A program made the position numbers and the translations under genes. The notes beneath the pieces are model-generated. The model was given only the letters and a program-made list of their open reading frames with translations. It had not been told where the DNA came from and made no database searches. Shown one piece after another: positions 61,168-64,000 of a DNA stretch of 64,000 bases. Position 1 is the first letter of the stretch; every line of letters starts with the position of its first letter. The stretch is from Candidatus Eiseniibacteriota bacterium (lineage in GTDB: Bacteria; Eisenbacteria; RBG-16-71-46), in assembly GCA_044222065.1 (NCBI GenBank), contig JBGAOA010000003.1, forward strand, positions 48,959 to 112,958, read 5' to 3'.

Positions 61168-62502
61168 ATGAGCCTGCGCGACGAAGCCCGCAACACGAGC
61201 GAACTCGAGGGGTCCGACCTCCGCGAGACGTGGCGGCTGCTCACGCCCGAGGAGCGCTACGAGGCGTTCGAGGACCTGCCGCGCGCGGAAGCCGAGGACC
61301 TGTTCCTCGAGCTCGGGGCCCGCGACGAAGCCGAGCTGCTGCTGAACATGCCCGCCTCGCAGCGCCGCTCGTGGATCCGGCTGCTGCCCCCGGACGACGC
61401 GGCCGACCTCGTGCAGGAGGCGCCCGAGGACGATCGCGCGGCGGTGCTCGAGCTGCTCGACGAGCAGACGCGGCGCGAGGTCGTAGCGCTGCTCGCCTAT
61501 GCCGAGGACGACGCCGGCGGCCTCATGAACCCGCGCTACGCGTTCGTGCGCGCGGATTCCAGCGCCGACGAGGCGATCCGCTACCTGCGCAAGCAGGCGC
61601 GCGAGGTGCTCGAGACGATCTACTACGTGTACGTGATCGACGCCGAGCAGAAGCTCGTCGGCGTCGTGTCGTTCCGCGAGCTGTTCGCCGCCGCGTCCGA
61701 GAAGCTCGTGCGCGATCTCATGTCCACGGATCTCCTCACGGCCCGCGAGGACATGGACCAGGAGGAGCTGTCGCGGCTGTTCGCCGAGTCGGACCTGCAG
61801 GCGATCCCGGTCGTGGACGCGGACGGCCGCATGAAGGGCATCGTGACGGTGGACGACATCGTCGATGTCATCCAGGAAGAGGCCACCGAGGACATCCAGA
61901 AGATCGGCGGTACGCAGGCCCTCGATGCGCCCTACCTCGAGACCGGCCTCGTCGAGATGCTCAAGAAGCGCGTCGGCTGGCTCGCGATCCTGTTCGTCGG
62001 CGAGATGCTGACCGCGACCGCGATGAGCCGGTTCGAGGACGAGATCAGCCGCGCGGTCGTCCTGTCCATCTTCATCCCGCTCATCATCTCGAGCGGCGGC
62101 AATTCGGGTTCGCAGGCCTCGACGCTCGTGATTCGCGCCATGGCGCTCGGCGAGGTGACGCTCGCGGACTGGTGGCGCGTGATCCGGCGCGAGCTGTTCC
62201 AGGGCGCCGCGATGGGCGCGCTGCTCGGCGTGCTCGGCTTCGCGCGCGTGCTGCTGTGGCAGGCGGCCTTCCACAGCTACGGCGAGCACTCCCTGCTCGT
62301 CGGCGTCACGATCTGGGGCAGCGTCCTCGGGGTCGTGACCTTCGGAACGCTCGCCGGCTCGATGCTGCCGTTCCTGCTGCGGCGCTTCGGCCTCGACCCC
62401 GCGAGCGCCTCGGCGCCGTTCGTCGCGACCTGCGTGGACGTGACCGGGATCGTCATCTACTTCACGATCGCGAGCCGGGTGCTCAAGGGCACGCTGCTGT
62501 AG
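61168..62502 (+). CDS. mgtE: Magnesium transporter MgtE
   Basis: PPDDAAD, AGGLMN, CBS pair, GIVTVDDI, SSGGNSGSQA, DPASASAPFVAT..DV.G. Confidence 0.95.
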   Translation: MSLRDEARNTSELEGSDLRETWRLLTPEERYEAFEDLPRAEAEDLFLELGARDEAELLLNMPASQRRSWIRLLPPDDAADLVQEAPEDDRAAVLELLDEQTRREVVALLAYAEDDAGGLMNPRYAFVRADSSADEAIRYLRKQAREVLETIYYVYVIDAEQKLVGVVSFRELFAAASEKLVRDLMSTDLLTAREDMDQEELSRLFAESDLQAIPVVDADGRMKGIVTVDDIVDVIQEEATEDIQKIGGTQALDAPYLETGLVEMLKKRVGWLAILFVGEMLTATAMSRFEDEISRAVVLSIFIPLIISSGGNSGSQASTLVIRAMALGEVTLADWWRVIRRELFQGAAMGALLGVLGFARVLLWQAAFHSYGEHSLLVGVTIWGSVLGVVTFGTLAGSMLPFLLRRFGLDPASASAPFVATCVDVTGIVIYFTIASRVLKGTLL

Positions 62503-62594
62503 CCGGTCCACGCGGCGCGCGAGGCGGCCGTGATTCTTCGCGCCCCCGCCCGGTCTCACGCTTCCGGAAACCGTCCCGATCCTCCGGAGGCCGC

Positions 62595-63998
62595 ATGCGC
62601 CGCTTCGCCCTCGTCGCCATCGTCCTGCTCGCACTCGCAGCACCTCCGGCCTCCGCGCCCGCTCACGCCGCGCTCGGCTACGCCGTCGGCGACACCGCCG
62701 TGGACTTCGGCGCCTACGACCAGAACGGGACGTTCTATTCGCTCTCGGACTTCGCCGGCCAGTGGGTCGTGCTCGACTTCTGCGCCTCGTGGTGCTTCCC
62801 GTGCCGCGCGATGGCGCCTGCGGCGCAGCAGCTCTACGACGCCTGGTCCGGCAATACGCCGTCGCTCGAGTACCTGACCTGCCTCGTGCAGGGCCCCACG
62901 TTCGCGCCCTCGACGCAGGACGACGCGAGCGCGTGGGCGGGCGAATTCTCGAACACGCGCCCCGTGCTCCACGCGGGCGGCGGCGTCAACGCGCCGCTGC
63001 GGACCTGGTTCTACGGCGCGGGATTCAACGCCGTGCCGACGATCGTCTACGTGGATCCGGACCGCGTCATCCGCTCCATTCACGTCGGCTTCCAGTCCTC
63101 GCAGGCCATGTACGACACGCTCGTCGCGCTGATCGCGCCGCCGGCGCCGCCGCCCCCGCCGCCGCCGCCGCCGCTGCCCGTCGTCCAGGACGCGAACTTC
63201 TTCGTGCGCTTTGGCCCCGGCGGCGGGGCGACTTCGTCCACCGCGCCGGGCGAGCCGCTGGTGTTCTCGGACTTCGGCGGCGGACTCGACGGCGTCACGA
63301 ACGCCGCGGGAGTCTTGTCGCGCTCGGCCGACCTCACGACCGGGATCGAAACGTGGGACGTGCGCTTCGGCGACTTCCTCGGCGAGCCGATCGGCGTCGC
63401 GCAGGCGTGGACCGTGCGGATCCTGTCGCCATCGTGGTCGGATGGCCAGCCGCGCGAGCGCGTGCCCGGAAGTCCGAGGCCGAAGCTGCGCGTGTTCTAC
63501 CTCGACGGCTTCGGCGAGCAACAGGAGCTGCCGACGAACGTCGAGATCGCGGACACGCTCACGGCGACCGGGCTCGAACTGGGACCGGTCGCGCTCTCCG
63601 CGCTGCCGGGGCTGCCCGCGAGCACGTTCGGGTTCGGCATCACGCCGATCCAATTGCGGCGCGTGCTCGCTCCCGGAAACGTCGGCGTCGAGGACGGCGC
63701 GCCCGCGACCGCGGCCGTCGCGCCGTTCGCGCTCCGCGCGCCCGCGCCGAATCCCGCGCGCGAATCCGCCACGATCGGCTTCACGCTCGCCCGCGAGGCG
63801 CGCGTGAGGCTCGAGATCGTGGATCTCGCGGGGCGCCGCATCGCGCGACTCGCCGACGGCGACCGCGCGCCCGGGGCTCATGCGGAGCGCTGGGACCTGC
63901 GCGACGACGCGGGACGGCTCGTCGCGCCCGGGCTTTACCTCGCGCGGCTCTCGAGCGGGGCGGCCGCCTCGGTGCGGCGGATCGCCGTACTGCGTTAG
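62595..63998 (+). CDS. Secreted TlpA/redoxin-domain protein with poly-Pro linker and FlgD-Ig/T9SS-CTD-like tail
   Basis: ATG 62595 after GGAGG; signal peptide; LDFCASWCFPC, cis-Pro AVPT; PPAPPPPPPPPPLP; tail PNPARESATIGFTL...DLAGRRI...WDL...PGLY. Confidence 0.82.
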   Translation: MRRFALVAIVLLALAAPPASAPAHAALGYAVGDTAVDFGAYDQNGTFYSLSDFAGQWVVLDFCASWCFPCRAMAPAAQQLYDAWSGNTPSLEYLTCLVQGPTFAPSTQDDASAWAGEFSNTRPVLHAGGGVNAPLRTWFYGAGFNAVPTIVYVDPDRVIRSIHVGFQSSQAMYDTLVALIAPPAPPPPPPPPPLPVVQDANFFVRFGPGGGATSSTAPGEPLVFSDFGGGLDGVTNAAGVLSRSADLTTGIETWDVRFGDFLGEPIGVAQAWTVRILSPSWSDGQPRERVPGSPRPKLRVFYLDGFGEQQELPTNVEIADTLTATGLELGPVALSALPGLPASTFGFGITPIQLRRVLAPGNVGVEDGAPATAAVAPFALRAPAPNPARESATIGFTLAREARVRLEIVDLAGRRIARLADGDRAPGAHAERWDLRDDAGRLVAPGLYLARLSSGAAASVRRIAVLR

Positions 63999-64000
63999 GC

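Overview
Very GC-rich bacterial chromosomal window (about 50 credible CDSs; no rRNA, tRNA, CRISPR array, integrase or transposase recognised). The many long antisense ORFs in the track are GC/codon-bias shadows. The organism looks diderm (OM beta-barrel, TonB domain, lipoproteins). Four secreted proteins end in the same FlgD-Ig/T9SS-CTD-like tail, a pattern typical of Ca. Eisenbacteria and FCB-related lineages (taxonomy inferred, not verified). Main contents: (1) a 12-gene TetR-led operon for anaerobic benzoyl-CoA dearomatisation (had, oah, SDR, thiolase+DUF35, dch, class I ATP-dependent benzoyl-CoA reductase with two short activase subunits, and a small CxxC protein); (2) leucine-catabolism genes (MCC beta; liuC, BC, BCCP) separated by about 21 kb; (3) a hybrid kinase / ChpT-like pseudo-kinase / sigma-54 regulator module followed by a sigma-54 promoter and a small lmo0937-type membrane protein with structured UTRs; (4) a 1.8-kb glycosyltransferase cassette flanked by an 82-bp duplication of the 3' end of an EamA gene; (5) the housekeeping block phoH-HD hydrolase-ybeY-TonB-DUF502-recO-glyQS; (6) a multiply frameshifted Ser/Thr kinase-TPR gene; (7) a 3103-aa secreted matrixin-type metalloprotease/adhesin coupled to a small putative TIMP/OB-like partner; (8) pyrR, mgtE and a secreted thioredoxin-domain protein.
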